Of a DNA stretch of 64,000 nucleotides, positions 40,049 through 49,916 are shown piece by piece. The translations under genes and the position numbers were made by a program. This DNA comes from Gloeobacterales cyanobacterium (GTDB lineage Bacteria > Cyanobacteriota > Cyanobacteriia > Gloeobacterales > PMM-0068). The notes under the pieces are model-generated. The model had not been told where the DNA came from and searched no databases. It worked only from the letters and a program-made list of their open reading frames with translations. The stretch's first letter is position 1; the number at the start of each line of letters is the position of its first letter. The DNA lies in the NCBI GenBank assembly GCA_038245785.1, contig JBBRSB010000029.1, positions 1-64,000 on the forward strand. Direction: 5' to 3'.

Positions 40049-42450
40049 CCTTTTAGAAAAACTACGGTTACTCCAGTTCCCCCATCTGCTGAATCTGCGA
40101 ATTCATATTTTTCTTTTCGGGGATAGCTGTCTAAAAACTCGCGGACGCCATCTCGCAGCTTTCCGGTACCGTGACCATGAATGATCCACTGGGGACCCTG
40201 GCGGCCAGCAAGCTCGTTTTCCAGACGGTGAAGGGCATCAGCTACCCGCAGGCCGCGAATGTCCAGCGTATTTGCTTCCGTGCGGACTACGGGCAACGCT
40301 ACTTGAGGACGAGGCTCCATCTTCGGTTTGCGGGCAGGACGAGGAGGAGCAGGTTGGTCTTTCTGATTCGGCGGACAGACTTGATAGGCTGGAACCCAAA
40401 GCTTGAGTACGCCACAGCGTACTTGGACCTCTGCGCCTCCTGAGCGCTCTTCTACATCCAGGACTTCTCCCGTCTGCGCCAGAGAGCGGACGTAGACCTT
40501 TTCTCCCACTTTAGGACGATACTCAGAAACTTCTCTTGCCTGCTCCGCCAGTCGTTCCTTCGCTAATTGAGCCAATTCTTCAGAGGCCCGTTGTGCATCC
40601 TTGGCTGAAGCATTGCCCTTTTGCAGGCGACGAATCACCCCAGCAATTTCACCACGGGCTTCTTCCACGGCCTGGGTTACTTCTCGCTGTTTGCGGTTTT
40701 CCAGGTCATAAATCCGTTGTTCTAGATAAGCCTGTTGGTCAGCAAGCGCCTGACGGAGTTGTTCCACTTCCTGCCGGAGCCGAGCCGCTTGGTCTGATTC
40801 CGATTCCTGGCGGCGTTTTTCAGCTTCTAGGCCAGCAATCACCGTGTCCATCTGGACGGAATCTGCTTTAATCGTCCCTCTGGCTAGTTTGATAATCTCC
40901 GGTTCTAAGCCTAGCCTCAAGGCAATCGTCAAGGCATTGGAGCGTCCAGGAATGCCCCACAGAAGGCGATAGGTTGGACCTAAGGTGGTTTCATCAAATT
41001 CCACAGAAGCATTTTCGAAGCGGTCATCCTCGTATTTGAGGGTTTTCAACTCTCCATAGTGGGTAGTGACTACCGTTAACCCAACACGGTCTACCAGGGT
41101 TTGCAGTAGAGCTCTGGCGAGCGAAGCCCCTTCTTCTGGGTCTGTGCCCGCGCCTACTTCATCCAATAAGACGAGAGACTGGGGACCCGCCGCCTGCAGA
41201 ACGCGGCTAATCCGGCGGATATGGCCTGAGAAGGTGGATAAATTTTGTTCGATACTTTGCTCATCGCCGATGTCCGCTAAAACCTCACTAAACCAGGGCA
41301 CGAGCGCCGGGTCCTGACAGGGAATGAAAAGACCCGCACGGGCCATCAGACAGACCAAGCCTAGGGTTTTAAGGGTTAGGGTCTTGCCGCCTGTATTCGG
41401 GCCTGTGATTACCACTGCTTTAATTGGCACTTCGACGCGCAGGTCTACAGGCACAACCGGAAATCCCCCCTCTTGGCGATTCTGCCATACCAATAAAGGA
41501 TGACGGGTACGGATTAACTGAAGCGATACGGAAGAGTCCCGCACCAGAGTGGGTTCCACGGCTTTGAGCCAAACCGCATAGCGGGCACGGGCTAAGGCAC
41601 TGTCAAGAATGGCTAGGACTTCTACGGAATAGCCCAAATCCGCTGATTCCTCAGCCACCAAAGAAGAAAGCTCGTAAAGAATCCGGTCTACTTCTTGGGC
41701 TTCCTGACGCTCATATTCTCGAAGCCGATTATGCTGCTCTACCGCTGCCATCGGCTCGATGTAGAGAGTCTGACCACTGGCGGAGGTATCGTGCAGAATA
41801 CCCGCCACTTGGTCGCGGTGAGTGACTTTGACGGGCAGGACGAAGCGCTCGTCCCTCATGGTAATCAATGCTTCCTGGAAGCAATTGGGTCGGCGCTGAA
41901 GCATGGATTGGAGTGTCTGTTGGATGGCGACTCTGACCCTCTGCTGTTGGGCTCGCGCCTCGGACAGTTTTGGGCTGGCTCGGTCTGCTACGCCACCTTG
42001 ATCGTCAATATCTCGGTAAATGCGCTGTTCCAAGTCTGGGAAAGAGCGTAGCGTCTCCACTAAACTCTGCAACTCAGGTAAAGCAAGCGTTTCCTGCTGA
42101 TCAATCAATTTTCTAGTCTGACGGGCGGCTCCAAGCGTACTGGCAATATCCAAAAGTTCGCTGCCTTCCAATCGTCCTCCCACAGCAGCCCGACGCAGGG
42201 AAGGTGCGATATCGCGCACTCCAGCCAAGGGTAAACCTTCAGGATGGGTTTCTTCCAGGGACACTACTTCTGCCGTCTGACGGAGGGCGCGTTGAGCCTC
42301 CAGCAGGGTCGTCGCGGGTCTGAGGATTTCCAGGCTCCGCTTTCCTGCTTTGGTCATAGCGAAGGTGGAAACCTGCTCACACAGGCGATTCCATTGCAGG
42401 AGCCTGAGGGTCTCTTCTTGAATATCGGGGGTTGAAGATGATGGAATCAA
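40045..42450 (-). CDS. mutS2: Endonuclease MutS2
   Basis: TGPNTGGKT, STFSGH, LLDEVGAGTDP, Smr domain IHGHGTG. Confidence 0.95.
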   Translation of the reverse strand: MIPSSSTPDIQEETLRLLQWNRLCEQVSTFAMTKAGKRSLEILRPATTLLEAQRALRQTAEVVSLEETHPEGLPLAGVRDIAPSLRRAAVGGRLEGSELLDIASTLGAARQTRKLIDQQETLALPELQSLVETLRSFPDLEQRIYRDIDDQGGVADRASPKLSEARAQQQRVRVAIQQTLQSMLQRRPNCFQEALITMRDERFVLPVKVTHRDQVAGILHDTSASGQTLYIEPMAAVEQHNRLREYERQEAQEVDRILYELSSLVAEESADLGYSVEVLAILDSALARARYAVWLKAVEPTLVRDSSVSLQLIRTRHPLLVWQNRQEGGFPVVPVDLRVEVPIKAVVITGPNTGGKTLTLKTLGLVCLMARAGLFIPCQDPALVPWFSEVLADIGDEQSIEQNLSTFSGHIRRISRVLQAAGPQSLVLLDEVGAGTDPEEGASLARALLQTLVDRVGLTVVTTHYGELKTLKYEDDRFENASVEFDETTLGPTYRLLWGIPGRSNALTIALRLGLEPEIIKLARGTIKADSVQMDTVIAGLEAEKRRQESESDQAARLRQEVEQLRQALADQQAYLEQRIYDLENRKQREVTQAVEEARGEIAGVIRRLQKGNASAKDAQRASEELAQLAKERLAEQAREVSEYRPKVGEKVYVRSLAQTGEVLDVEERSGGAEVQVRCGVLKLWVPAYQVCPPNQKDQPAPPRPARKPKMEPRPQVALPVVRTEANTLDIRGLRVADALHRLENELAGRQGPQWIIHGHGTGKLRDGVREFLDSYPRKEKYEFADSADGGTGVTVVFLKG

Positions 42451-42515
42451 AACAATCTCTATGCCAGGGTTTTCTGCCTATATAAGAGTTATAGAGCGTG
42501 AACAACCCCTCAGGA

Positions 42516-42710
42516 TCAGAGAGTTTTGAACTGGTTCTTCTCAAGAGCCAAGAGCACCTCTCCACAGTCATCCTGCTCATCTAAGCTGACAAGCCATTCG
42601 GTTGTACTCAAATTTGCCTTGATCAGTCCTCGCTTGCCATGCCAAGGACCGTACAGCACCTCCACAGGAGATGAGGATAGCTCTGAAGGAGAAGAGCCTA
42701 GAGAATACAT
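42516..42710 (-). CDS. Hypothetical protein
   Basis: 64-aa ORF with SH3/KOW-like VEVLYGPWHGKRG. Confidence 0.4.
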   Translation of the reverse strand: MYSLGSSPSELSSSPVEVLYGPWHGKRGLIKANLSTTEWLVSLDEQDDCGEVLLALEKNQFKTL

Positions 42711-42934
42711 AATGATCGCCCTTTGATTAATGTTTCAAAACCATCCACGCCATCCACCTCACGCGTGCCCACCCAAAATCTAATCGGGCGTCCGAAGCTC
42801 ATAGCGTAAGATACGGCTTGTAAAAGCCCAAGAACGTTTGATTCAAATCTCCTAAAGGCCCCTTTAAAAGAAACTTCAATAGAAGAACCAGAATTTGAAA
42901 AGTCTTGCTCTAAAAGAGATACCTTAACGTTCAT
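42698..42934 (-). CDS. Hypothetical protein
   Basis: 78-aa ORF overlapping the next gene. Confidence 0.35.
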   Translation of the reverse strand: MNVKVSLLEQDFSNSGSSIEVSFKGAFRRFESNVLGLLQAVSYAMSFGRPIRFWVGTREVDGVDGFETLIKGRSLCIL

Positions 42935-43112
42935 TTACTATTTGGTAGCGTATGTTTCTAAATACTATTGTGCCCAATATTTCTATGAAAATATGTTCGC
43001 TATGATAGTTTTTATAGAAATATTCACAACATCGACTGGGAGCTGAGATCTGGAAGTCCTGTGTGGATAGTCCTCGGCTTAGGGTAAAGTAATAAACGCC
43101 AAGTAAATAATT

Positions 43113-43186
43113 CGGGGTGTAGCGCAGCTTGGTAGCGCGGTTGCTTTGGGAGCAATAGGTCGCAGGTTCAAATCCTGTCACCCCGA
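43113..43186 (+). tRNA. tRNA-Pro(TGG)
   Basis: CGGGGTG acceptor stem, anticodon loop TTTGGGA, GGTTCAAATCC. Confidence 0.95.
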
Positions 43187-43191
43187 TATCT

Positions 43192-44097
43192 TTAGTGCCT
43201 AAGCAGTGCCACTTCCCAAACCAATCGGGGCGGGATGTATCGTCCTAGCTGAAAGCGGACCTGCTCTAAAGTCTTCAAAACCTGGGTATGACCTTGTTTC
43301 CAAGCGTTCTGCTGTAGATAGTCCACTAGCCATAGCTGTTGGTCAGGGTCTAGGTGCTTATCGATGGTCCGAGCTAAGGTCAGAGCCTTGATTGGATCTA
43401 TTGGCCAGGACTTCAACTCTTCTAAGAGCATAGGGGGCATCGATTCCAAGCCTTGGAGTAGGATTTGGGCTTGGCCTACGGACCCTTGGGCCATGGCTAA
43501 AATTTCTGGAGGACAAGAAGAATATTCCAAAATTTCCAGGACTAAGGCATCACTAAGCCGATAAAAGGGGATGCGCTGGCAGCGAGAAACGATCGTACTA
43601 AGTACGTGATGAATATCTGGGACGAGGAGAATAATCACAGCATGTCCAGGTTCTTCTAGGGTTTTGAGAAAACCATTGGCGGCGGATTCTGCCATCGTTT
43701 CTGCACCTTCGACCACAACTACTTGCCGAGAGGCTTCTGTAGGTGGTCGACTGAGCGTATGGGTGATGGCACGTACTTGTTCTAAGCGCACCTGGGGTCT
43801 GGAACGTAAAGAAATCCCTTCTGCCGGAGCTTGAGCACGGGTATAAAGCTGATTACCTTTTTTGTAGGTCGGTTCCACCCAGAGGAGGTCAGGATGATTT
43901 CCCTCTTCTATTCTTTGGAAACGGTGGGTCGTGTCTAGAAGCTCGGCCGCAAACAGACGAGCGGCTAAGGATTTACCCACGCCTTCTGGTCCAGCAAATA
44001 AGTAGCCAGGTGCAATCCGTCCCTTGGTAAGGCTGGCTTGTAATAGTTCAGTAGCGAGGGGTTGTCCCTGCAATTTGGACCACAGGCTGTTCATCAT
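43192..44097 (-). CDS. holB: DNA polymerase III subunit delta'
   Basis: YLFAGPEGVGK, NHPDL, AANGFLKTLEEP, TIVSRC. Confidence 0.9.
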   Translation of the reverse strand: MMNSLWSKLQGQPLATELLQASLTKGRIAPGYLFAGPEGVGKSLAARLFAAELLDTTHRFQRIEEGNHPDLLWVEPTYKKGNQLYTRAQAPAEGISLRSRPQVRLEQVRAITHTLSRPPTEASRQVVVVEGAETMAESAANGFLKTLEEPGHAVIILLVPDIHHVLSTIVSRCQRIPFYRLSDALVLEILEYSSCPPEILAMAQGSVGQAQILLQGLESMPPMLLEELKSWPIDPIKALTLARTIDKHLDPDQQLWLVDYLQQNAWKQGHTQVLKTLEQVRFQLGRYIPPRLVWEVALLRH

Positions 44098-44279
44098 TGA
44101 GACTGCTTCAGGGAAAAATTAAATCCAGGCAAGTTTTGGTCGCTTAGGATATCGTTTTTTGCCGTTTATCTGTTCTTTGCCATATAGATTATGCATCGCT
44201 TTGATTAGTAAAAATAATCAAATACTGGGTGCCTCTATAAGAAAATCGTATAAGTGTGTTGGGCTATACAGATAGTTCC

Positions 44280-44293
44280 GTAGCTATTGATAC
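44280..44293 (+). promoter_or_regulatory. NtcA-binding site
   Basis: GTA-GCTATTGA-TAC (GTAN8TAC) upstream of amt. Confidence 0.75.
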
Positions 44294-44376
44294 AACTTAA
44301 CCCCTTCAGAGGTTGTTCACTCTTGGATTAATGCTTGTAGGCACTGGCCTGCACTTTCCTCTAACTGAACTAGGGA

Positions 44377-45816
44377 GTGTACCTATTCATGTTCAAAAAA
44401 ATGAAACCTGTATCGTTGGGCTTAGCCTTAGCTGCAGCCACCATGGCTCCTGCTTTTGCACAAGATGCCCCAGCGGTAAATAGTGGAGATACCGCTTGGA
44501 TTTTAGTCTCTGCTGCGCTGGTCCTCTTGATGACTCCTGGCCTTGCTTTCTTCTACGGGGGCCTGGTGCGGGGTAAAAACTCTCTAAATACCTTAATGAT
44601 GAGTTTTGTGGCCCTCGCCGTAGTCGGTATTGAGTGGGTCCTCTTTGGTTACTCTCTGGCATTTGCTCCAGGTTCCCAATGGTTGGGTGGGCTCGAATGG
44701 TTGGGCCTCAATGGCGTAGGACAGGAACCGAGCACGCTCTATATGAGTACGGTGCCTCACTTAGCCTTCATGGTCTTCCAGGCTATGTTTGCAGTGATTA
44801 CGCCAGCGCTTATTTCCGGTGCCATTGTTGACCGGATGAAGTTCAAAACCTACGTTGTCTTCATCATGCTCTGGTCTGCAGTGGTCTATGCACCTCTGGC
44901 GCACTGGGTATGGAGCTTTACAACGGGTCCAGATGGCAAGCTTATCCCTGGTGGATGGGTTGGGACCTTGGGCGGATTGGACTTTGCAGGCGGTACGGTT
45001 GTTCACATCAGTGCCGGAGTATCGGCACTTGTGGCAGCACTGATCCTAGGTCGTCGGAAAGGCTATCCTGACCAACCCATGCCTCCCCATAACGTGCCTT
45101 TTGTTCTGTTGGGTGCGGGTCTGCTTTGGTTCGGTTGGTTTGGATTCAATGCTGGCTCTGCAGGAGCGGCCAACGGTTTAGCCGCCGCCGCTTTTGTGAC
45201 GACGAATACGGCTACGGCAGCAGCCATGGCCACCTGGCTTTTGATTGAGACTATTTTCAACAAACCAACGGCTGTTGGAGGTGCTACGGGTGCAGTGGTC
45301 GGTCTGGTCGCCATCACTCCGGCAGCAGGCTTTGTTACGCCTCTCGCTTCGATTGCTATTGGCGGTATTGCTGCTATCGTCAGCTACGCGATGATTCAGC
45401 TACGCACTAAGCTCAAGTATGACGATTCTCTGGATGTCTTTGGATGTCACGGGATGGGTGGTTTGACGGGAGCTCTCTTGACAGGGGTCTTCTGCACGAA
45501 AGCGGTCAACCCAGCGGTAGCCAACGAAGGCTTGGCCTATGGTGGTGGATTTACCCAAGTTTGGATCCAAATCATCAGTGTGCTGGGTACTGTCGCCCTC
45601 GCGGTTGTCGGAACTTCTGTCATTCTCTACGCACTTAAGTTCACGATGGGTCTTCGTCCCACCGAGAAAGCCGAGCAAGAAGGTCTGGACATCAACGAGC
45701 ATGGCGAAGAGAGCTACTCTGGTTTGGTCGGTGGTTACTCCTTAGCGGATGAAGGCAGTCCTTTCTCCCCTTCGATGAAGCAGCAGTCTTCCATTCCACG
45801 GCCTGCGCAAGACTAA
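44377..45816 (+). CDS. amt: Ammonium transporter
   Basis: GDTAW, FFYGG, DFAGGTVVH, WFGWFGFNAGS. Confidence 0.95.
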   Translation: MYLFMFKKMKPVSLGLALAAATMAPAFAQDAPAVNSGDTAWILVSAALVLLMTPGLAFFYGGLVRGKNSLNTLMMSFVALAVVGIEWVLFGYSLAFAPGSQWLGGLEWLGLNGVGQEPSTLYMSTVPHLAFMVFQAMFAVITPALISGAIVDRMKFKTYVVFIMLWSAVVYAPLAHWVWSFTTGPDGKLIPGGWVGTLGGLDFAGGTVVHISAGVSALVAALILGRRKGYPDQPMPPHNVPFVLLGAGLLWFGWFGFNAGSAGAANGLAAAAFVTTNTATAAAMATWLLIETIFNKPTAVGGATGAVVGLVAITPAAGFVTPLASIAIGGIAAIVSYAMIQLRTKLKYDDSLDVFGCHGMGGLTGALLTGVFCTKAVNPAVANEGLAYGGGFTQVWIQIISVLGTVALAVVGTSVILYALKFTMGLRPTEKAEQEGLDINEHGEESYSGLVGGYSLADEGSPFSPSMKQQSSIPRPAQD

Positions 45817-45852
45817 AAGTAAACGCAACTTAATTCCTAGTTCATTCTCACG

Positions 45853-45873
45853 GCCCCCAACTGGGGGCTTTTT
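45853..45873 (+). terminator. Rho-independent terminator
   Basis: GCCCCC-AACT-GGGGGC-TTTTT. Confidence 0.75.
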
Positions 45874-46730
45874 CATGTTTCTGTTTTTTCGGGCACTTCT
45901 AGGGCAATCGCTCCCAGTTGTCCTTTGCGAAAGTCCTGCAAGATCGCTCTGGCGGTTTTTTCCCCAGAACCGCCAAATCGTTTCTTGGCGAGCTGTTCTA
46001 ACCAGGCTTCGGCGGTGAGGGTTGTTTCAGCATCGATAAAAGCCAAACCATAGCGTTCCGTTAGGCGTCCCGGCACAATAGTCTGAAAAATCTTGATTGC
46101 TTCGATGCCTACTTGCTCTTCTTTGTAGGCTGCCTGTCCAATGTCATCACAAATGGCAAGCTTTACGGCTGCTTCCTGGTCCTCAATACGTGGCGGCAAA
46201 ATGCCAGGACTATCCAGGAGTTCTAGATGGTCCAGAATGCGGACCCAACGAAGCTGTCGAGTCACTCCAGGCTTAGAAGCGCTGGCCACGGCCCGTTTAC
46301 CTACAAGACGGTTAATCAGGGCCGATTTGCCCACATTCGGAAAACCAATCACGGCAGCTCTCAAGGGTCTTGGATTCATTCCCCGTTTGAGTCTGCGCTC
46401 ATTCACGGCTTTGGCTGTCTTTTGAGCGACGTTTAATAGGTCTCTCATGCCTTTGCCTTTCTGAGCATCCGTAAGACAGACCTGAGACCCTTGCGCTTCA
46501 AAGGCCCGCTGCCATTGCTTGAGGATAGTTTGAGGAACGGTGTCCATTCTATTCAGCACTAAGACAGAAGCCCGCTCCCCAATCAGCTGAAGGATTTCTT
46601 GATGGCGCGAGGATCGAGGAATTCGAGAATCTAGAACCTCAAATACAAGGTCAACATTTTTGAGTTGTTCTTGAAGCCCTTTACGGGCTTTGGCAATATG
46701 CCCCGGATACCACTGGATAAGGCTGCTCAT
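45873..46730 (-). CDS. ylqF: Ribosome biogenesis GTPase YlqF/RbgA
   Basis: IQWYPGH, GFPNVGKS, LLDSPG. Confidence 0.95.
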   Translation of the reverse strand: MSSLIQWYPGHIAKARKGLQEQLKNVDLVFEVLDSRIPRSSRHQEILQLIGERASVLVLNRMDTVPQTILKQWQRAFEAQGSQVCLTDAQKGKGMRDLLNVAQKTAKAVNERRLKRGMNPRPLRAAVIGFPNVGKSALINRLVGKRAVASASKPGVTRQLRWVRILDHLELLDSPGILPPRIEDQEAAVKLAICDDIGQAAYKEEQVGIEAIKIFQTIVPGRLTERYGLAFIDAETTLTAEAWLEQLAKKRFGGSGEKTARAILQDFRKGQLGAIALEVPEKTET

Positions 46731-46739
46731 AGGTTCTCA

Positions 46740-47345
46740 TTAAGGCATCTGCTTAGCTACGGCATCGAATTCCAGCCCCACTGTATCTTCCACGGTGACG
46801 AGAAAAATACTGGGAGGTGTGATGCCAAAGTCGGTCATCTTGACTTTACTCGTTCCAGTGACTTTAAGTTCTTTTCCCGTGTAGACCGTTTCTGCTTCAA
46901 AGGTGACAGGTTTCGTAACATTCTTAATCGTCAACTCGCCGATGATTCTTCCTTTCTGACGGTTTCCCCATTGTTTCCAGTCTGAAAACTTAGGAAAGTC
47001 CTCAATTTTTTTGACGACAAAGAGGGCCGTGGGAAATTTATCGGTTTGGAGAAATTCATTGCGCATCCGGGCATCCCGCGCGCCATTGCCTGAGTCAATC
47101 GAAGCTAATCCTACCTGTACTTCCCCTTTGAGAAGTTCTCCAGTTTGGCTGTCGTAGGCTAAGGTGCCCTTCACATCTTTTGTGGTCCCTGTCCAAGAAC
47201 CAAGTGCATCTCGACCCTTATAGGCTACGGTAGCTTGCTCAAATTGCAGGTTTTTGGGTTCTGCATGAGCGGCGCTATTAAGGCTTAGCGTTAGCAGGAG
47301 AGCGAAGCCTGTGCTTATGAAGGACCGGGGGAGTAACAATGACAT
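46740..47345 (-). CDS. YceI-family periplasmic protein
   Basis: SIDSGNGARD, GELTIKNVTKPV, DFGI. Confidence 0.85.
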   Translation of the reverse strand: MSLLLPRSFISTGFALLLTLSLNSAAHAEPKNLQFEQATVAYKGRDALGSWTGTTKDVKGTLAYDSQTGELLKGEVQVGLASIDSGNGARDARMRNEFLQTDKFPTALFVVKKIEDFPKFSDWKQWGNRQKGRIIGELTIKNVTKPVTFEAETVYTGKELKVTGTSKVKMTDFGITPPSIFLVTVEDTVGLEFDAVAKQMP

Positions 47346-47376
47346 ATTTTTATTCAGAAACTTAGGGAGGATGACC

Positions 47377-48654
47377 TCATGATGCCTCAACCTGTTCCTG
47401 ATAGACCTTAGAGATTACGTCTGCAATCCTGCGAACGCCTTCTTCCAGCTCTTGAGGCGTAGCTGTAAGACTAATGCGAATACATTCATGCTTATGCTTC
47501 CACTCTTCTCGTAAACCAGGGAAGAAAGAACTTCCAGGCACAACAATTACGCCTGACTCCTTGAGTAATTCATAGAGTTCAACATCGGTGATCGGTAGAT
47601 TCTCTAACCATAGCCAGGCAAAAATACCCCCTTCTGTTTCATGTAGATACCAGGGGATGGCGTCAGGGCAATAACGGAAAAATGCCTCAGTGATTAACTT
47701 AAACTTTTCGCCGTAGTGAGGACTAATTACATTTTGGGCAATCTCTGCCAAAGTGCCAGAGGAAATAGTAGGAGCGGCAATAGCTTGTCCAAAACGGCTG
47801 GAATGAACGCAGGCATTGGTTTGAAAGGATTGTAAAAGGTCGATGTATTTGGCATCTCCAATCACAATGCCCAATCGTTCACCGGGTAGACCCGCTTTAG
47901 AAAGAGAGAGACAGTGGAGCACATTGGCCGAAAAATTGGGCTCCATCGGCACATAGTTCAAGGCCGGGAAGGGAGGGGCATAGGCAGAATCGACCAGTAC
48001 GGGGATATCGTAGACCGCCGCTAAATCAGCAATTTTTTGGACCTCATCATCGGTCAGTACATTGCCTGTTGGATTGCAGGGCCTGGAGAAAATGATGCAG
48101 CCAATCGACTCATCAAAAACTAACTGGGAAAAATCAGGCCGATACTTGAAGCGATGAGCAGATGTTTTCTCGATAAAAGGTTTGACCGCCCAGACTAAAT
48201 CTGGAGTCAGCGCTACTCCGCCATAGCCTGTGTAGTCAGGGGAAAGAGGCAAAAGGACTTTCTTCTTTCCTCCGCCAGGCATAGGGCCAGCCAAGCTATT
48301 GGCAGCAAAGAAATAAATGGATTGGGAGCCAGGGGTAATCAGCACATTCTGAGGCCCTAAAGACAGACCATAGCGTTGGTTGAAAAACGATACGACGGCT
48401 TCGATCATCGGCTCATAGCCTTGCGAAGAGCCATAGCGGGCGATGATCGGGCCAAATTCAGGACTATCTAAAGTTTTCTGGGCCTGCTCCCGCCAAAGTT
48501 GTTCTACTTCGGGCAAAATCACGGGATTGCCTGCACTGAGGTCTATCCAGGAAGCCTCTTCCCCAGACTGCAGGGTGGCAATGATATCCTTCATGATGGC
48601 GCGCACGCCTGTCAGTTGGGACATCTGTTGACCGATAAGACTCAGGTTTTCCAT
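47377..48654 (-). CDS. avtA: Valine--pyruvate transaminase
   Basis: LTGVRAIMKD, LSAGNP, SRPCNPTGN, SLSKAGLPGERLG. Confidence 0.9.
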   Translation of the reverse strand: MENLSLIGQQMSQLTGVRAIMKDIIATLQSGEEASWIDLSAGNPVILPEVEQLWREQAQKTLDSPEFGPIIARYGSSQGYEPMIEAVVSFFNQRYGLSLGPQNVLITPGSQSIYFFAANSLAGPMPGGGKKKVLLPLSPDYTGYGGVALTPDLVWAVKPFIEKTSAHRFKYRPDFSQLVFDESIGCIIFSRPCNPTGNVLTDDEVQKIADLAAVYDIPVLVDSAYAPPFPALNYVPMEPNFSANVLHCLSLSKAGLPGERLGIVIGDAKYIDLLQSFQTNACVHSSRFGQAIAAPTISSGTLAEIAQNVISPHYGEKFKLITEAFFRYCPDAIPWYLHETEGGIFAWLWLENLPITDVELYELLKESGVIVVPGSSFFPGLREEWKHKHECIRISLTATPQELEEGVRRIADVISKVYQEQVEAS

Positions 48655-48832
48655 GGGTTTTACACTTCTAACAGGAACAAAGCTTAAGGACTCGGTAGTC
48701 CTATTTTCTATCGGGCGATCCTAACATGCTTATCCAGCCAAAATGCATGAACAAAGTGTTCTTAATTCATAGTGGGGTCCGCCATATGGGTACTCTAATC
48801 CAAAGCTACAATTGTGAAAGGCTTCTCTAGGT

Positions 48833-49723
48833 GTGAGTAGGTTTATGAATAGGCGTCAGTTGCTTACAAGGGCTATAGCCCTGGCGGGGACTACGGTTGC
48901 TTTTCCTGCTTTCGGGTATGACAAAAACAACCTTGTGGTACGCCGTTACGATGTTCCGGTGCCTGGACTGCAAAAGAGTCTAAAGGCCCTTCAGATTAGT
49001 GACTTTCACTTTGACCGTGTGGGGTCATTTTCAGCAGAGTTGAGAAGTAAGGTCGCTCAACAGATTAAGACAGAGCAAGCCGACCTGATTTTTGCCACGG
49101 GCGACTTTATTTCACGGCCAGGCGATCCTGTCACTGATGCGGTGGAATGGCTTAGTAATCTAGAAGCCAAAGAAGGCATCTACACAGTGATGGGTAACCA
49201 TGATTATCTCGACGAAAGAAGAGTGCTCAAAGCTTTGAAAAAGAACGGGCTTCCAAGATTAGAGAATAAGTGGACCAATGTGCATGGCATGGCCCTTGCG
49301 GGGGTGGGTGATTTAACCTTTGGAGACCACGACCCGAAAAGTACTTTGGCAGGCATCCCCAAGGGCATGGGCACCATTTTGATGGCTCATCAGCCAGATA
49401 CCTTCTGGTACTACGACAATCCGGTCAACCTTCAGATTTCTGGTCATACTCACGGTGGGCAGGTGAATCTTTTTGGTTTAGTGCCTCTGCTGCACTATGA
49501 GCCTGCCATCAGAGCATGGGTCCAAGATGTGCCTGGTATTCGCCATCGTGTTAACCGAATCAGAAGTTATTCTGTAACGGGACATGGCGCATGGGCTGGA
49601 TTCTATGACCGTCCCGATCGCTCTCGTCTATATGTCAATTCAGGTTTGGGCCGCTTCAAAAGTCTCTCTTTCTACTGCCCGCCTGAGTTGACCGTCTTCA
49701 ACCTGGTTCCTCAACAAGCTTGA
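48833..49723 (+). CDS. Tat-exported metallophosphoesterase
   Basis: NRRQLL, SDFH, TGD, GNHD, GHTHGGQ. Confidence 0.85.
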   Translation: MSRFMNRRQLLTRAIALAGTTVAFPAFGYDKNNLVVRRYDVPVPGLQKSLKALQISDFHFDRVGSFSAELRSKVAQQIKTEQADLIFATGDFISRPGDPVTDAVEWLSNLEAKEGIYTVMGNHDYLDERRVLKALKKNGLPRLENKWTNVHGMALAGVGDLTFGDHDPKSTLAGIPKGMGTILMAHQPDTFWYYDNPVNLQISGHTHGGQVNLFGLVPLLHYEPAIRAWVQDVPGIRHRVNRIRSYSVTGHGAWAGFYDRPDRSRLYVNSGLGRFKSLSFYCPPELTVFNLVPQQA

Positions 49724-49724
49724 A

Positions 49725-49865
49725 GAGATCCCCCCAGCGAACAAGCCATTCATCATTGATTGGGCCTTGATCATCCAAGGCGTTTTAGAGGACCTAGACC
49801 GTCAAGTTCCGGTGGCAAAAATATCAGCAACGTTTCATAACACCCTGGTTGAAACCATCATTCCC
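49725..49865 (+). pseudogene. HypF C-terminal remnant
   Basis: IIDWALIIQGVLEDLDRQVPVAKISATFHNTLVETI. Confidence 0.6.
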
Positions 49866-49916
49866 ATTACCAATGTGAGTATTTTATTGTTAGGCTGATT
49901 TTGTTATTATCCTTGA

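Noticed and set aside
42924..43181. 85-aa minus-strand ORF (MTGFEPAT...)
   Set aside because: It is the antisense shadow of tRNA-Pro
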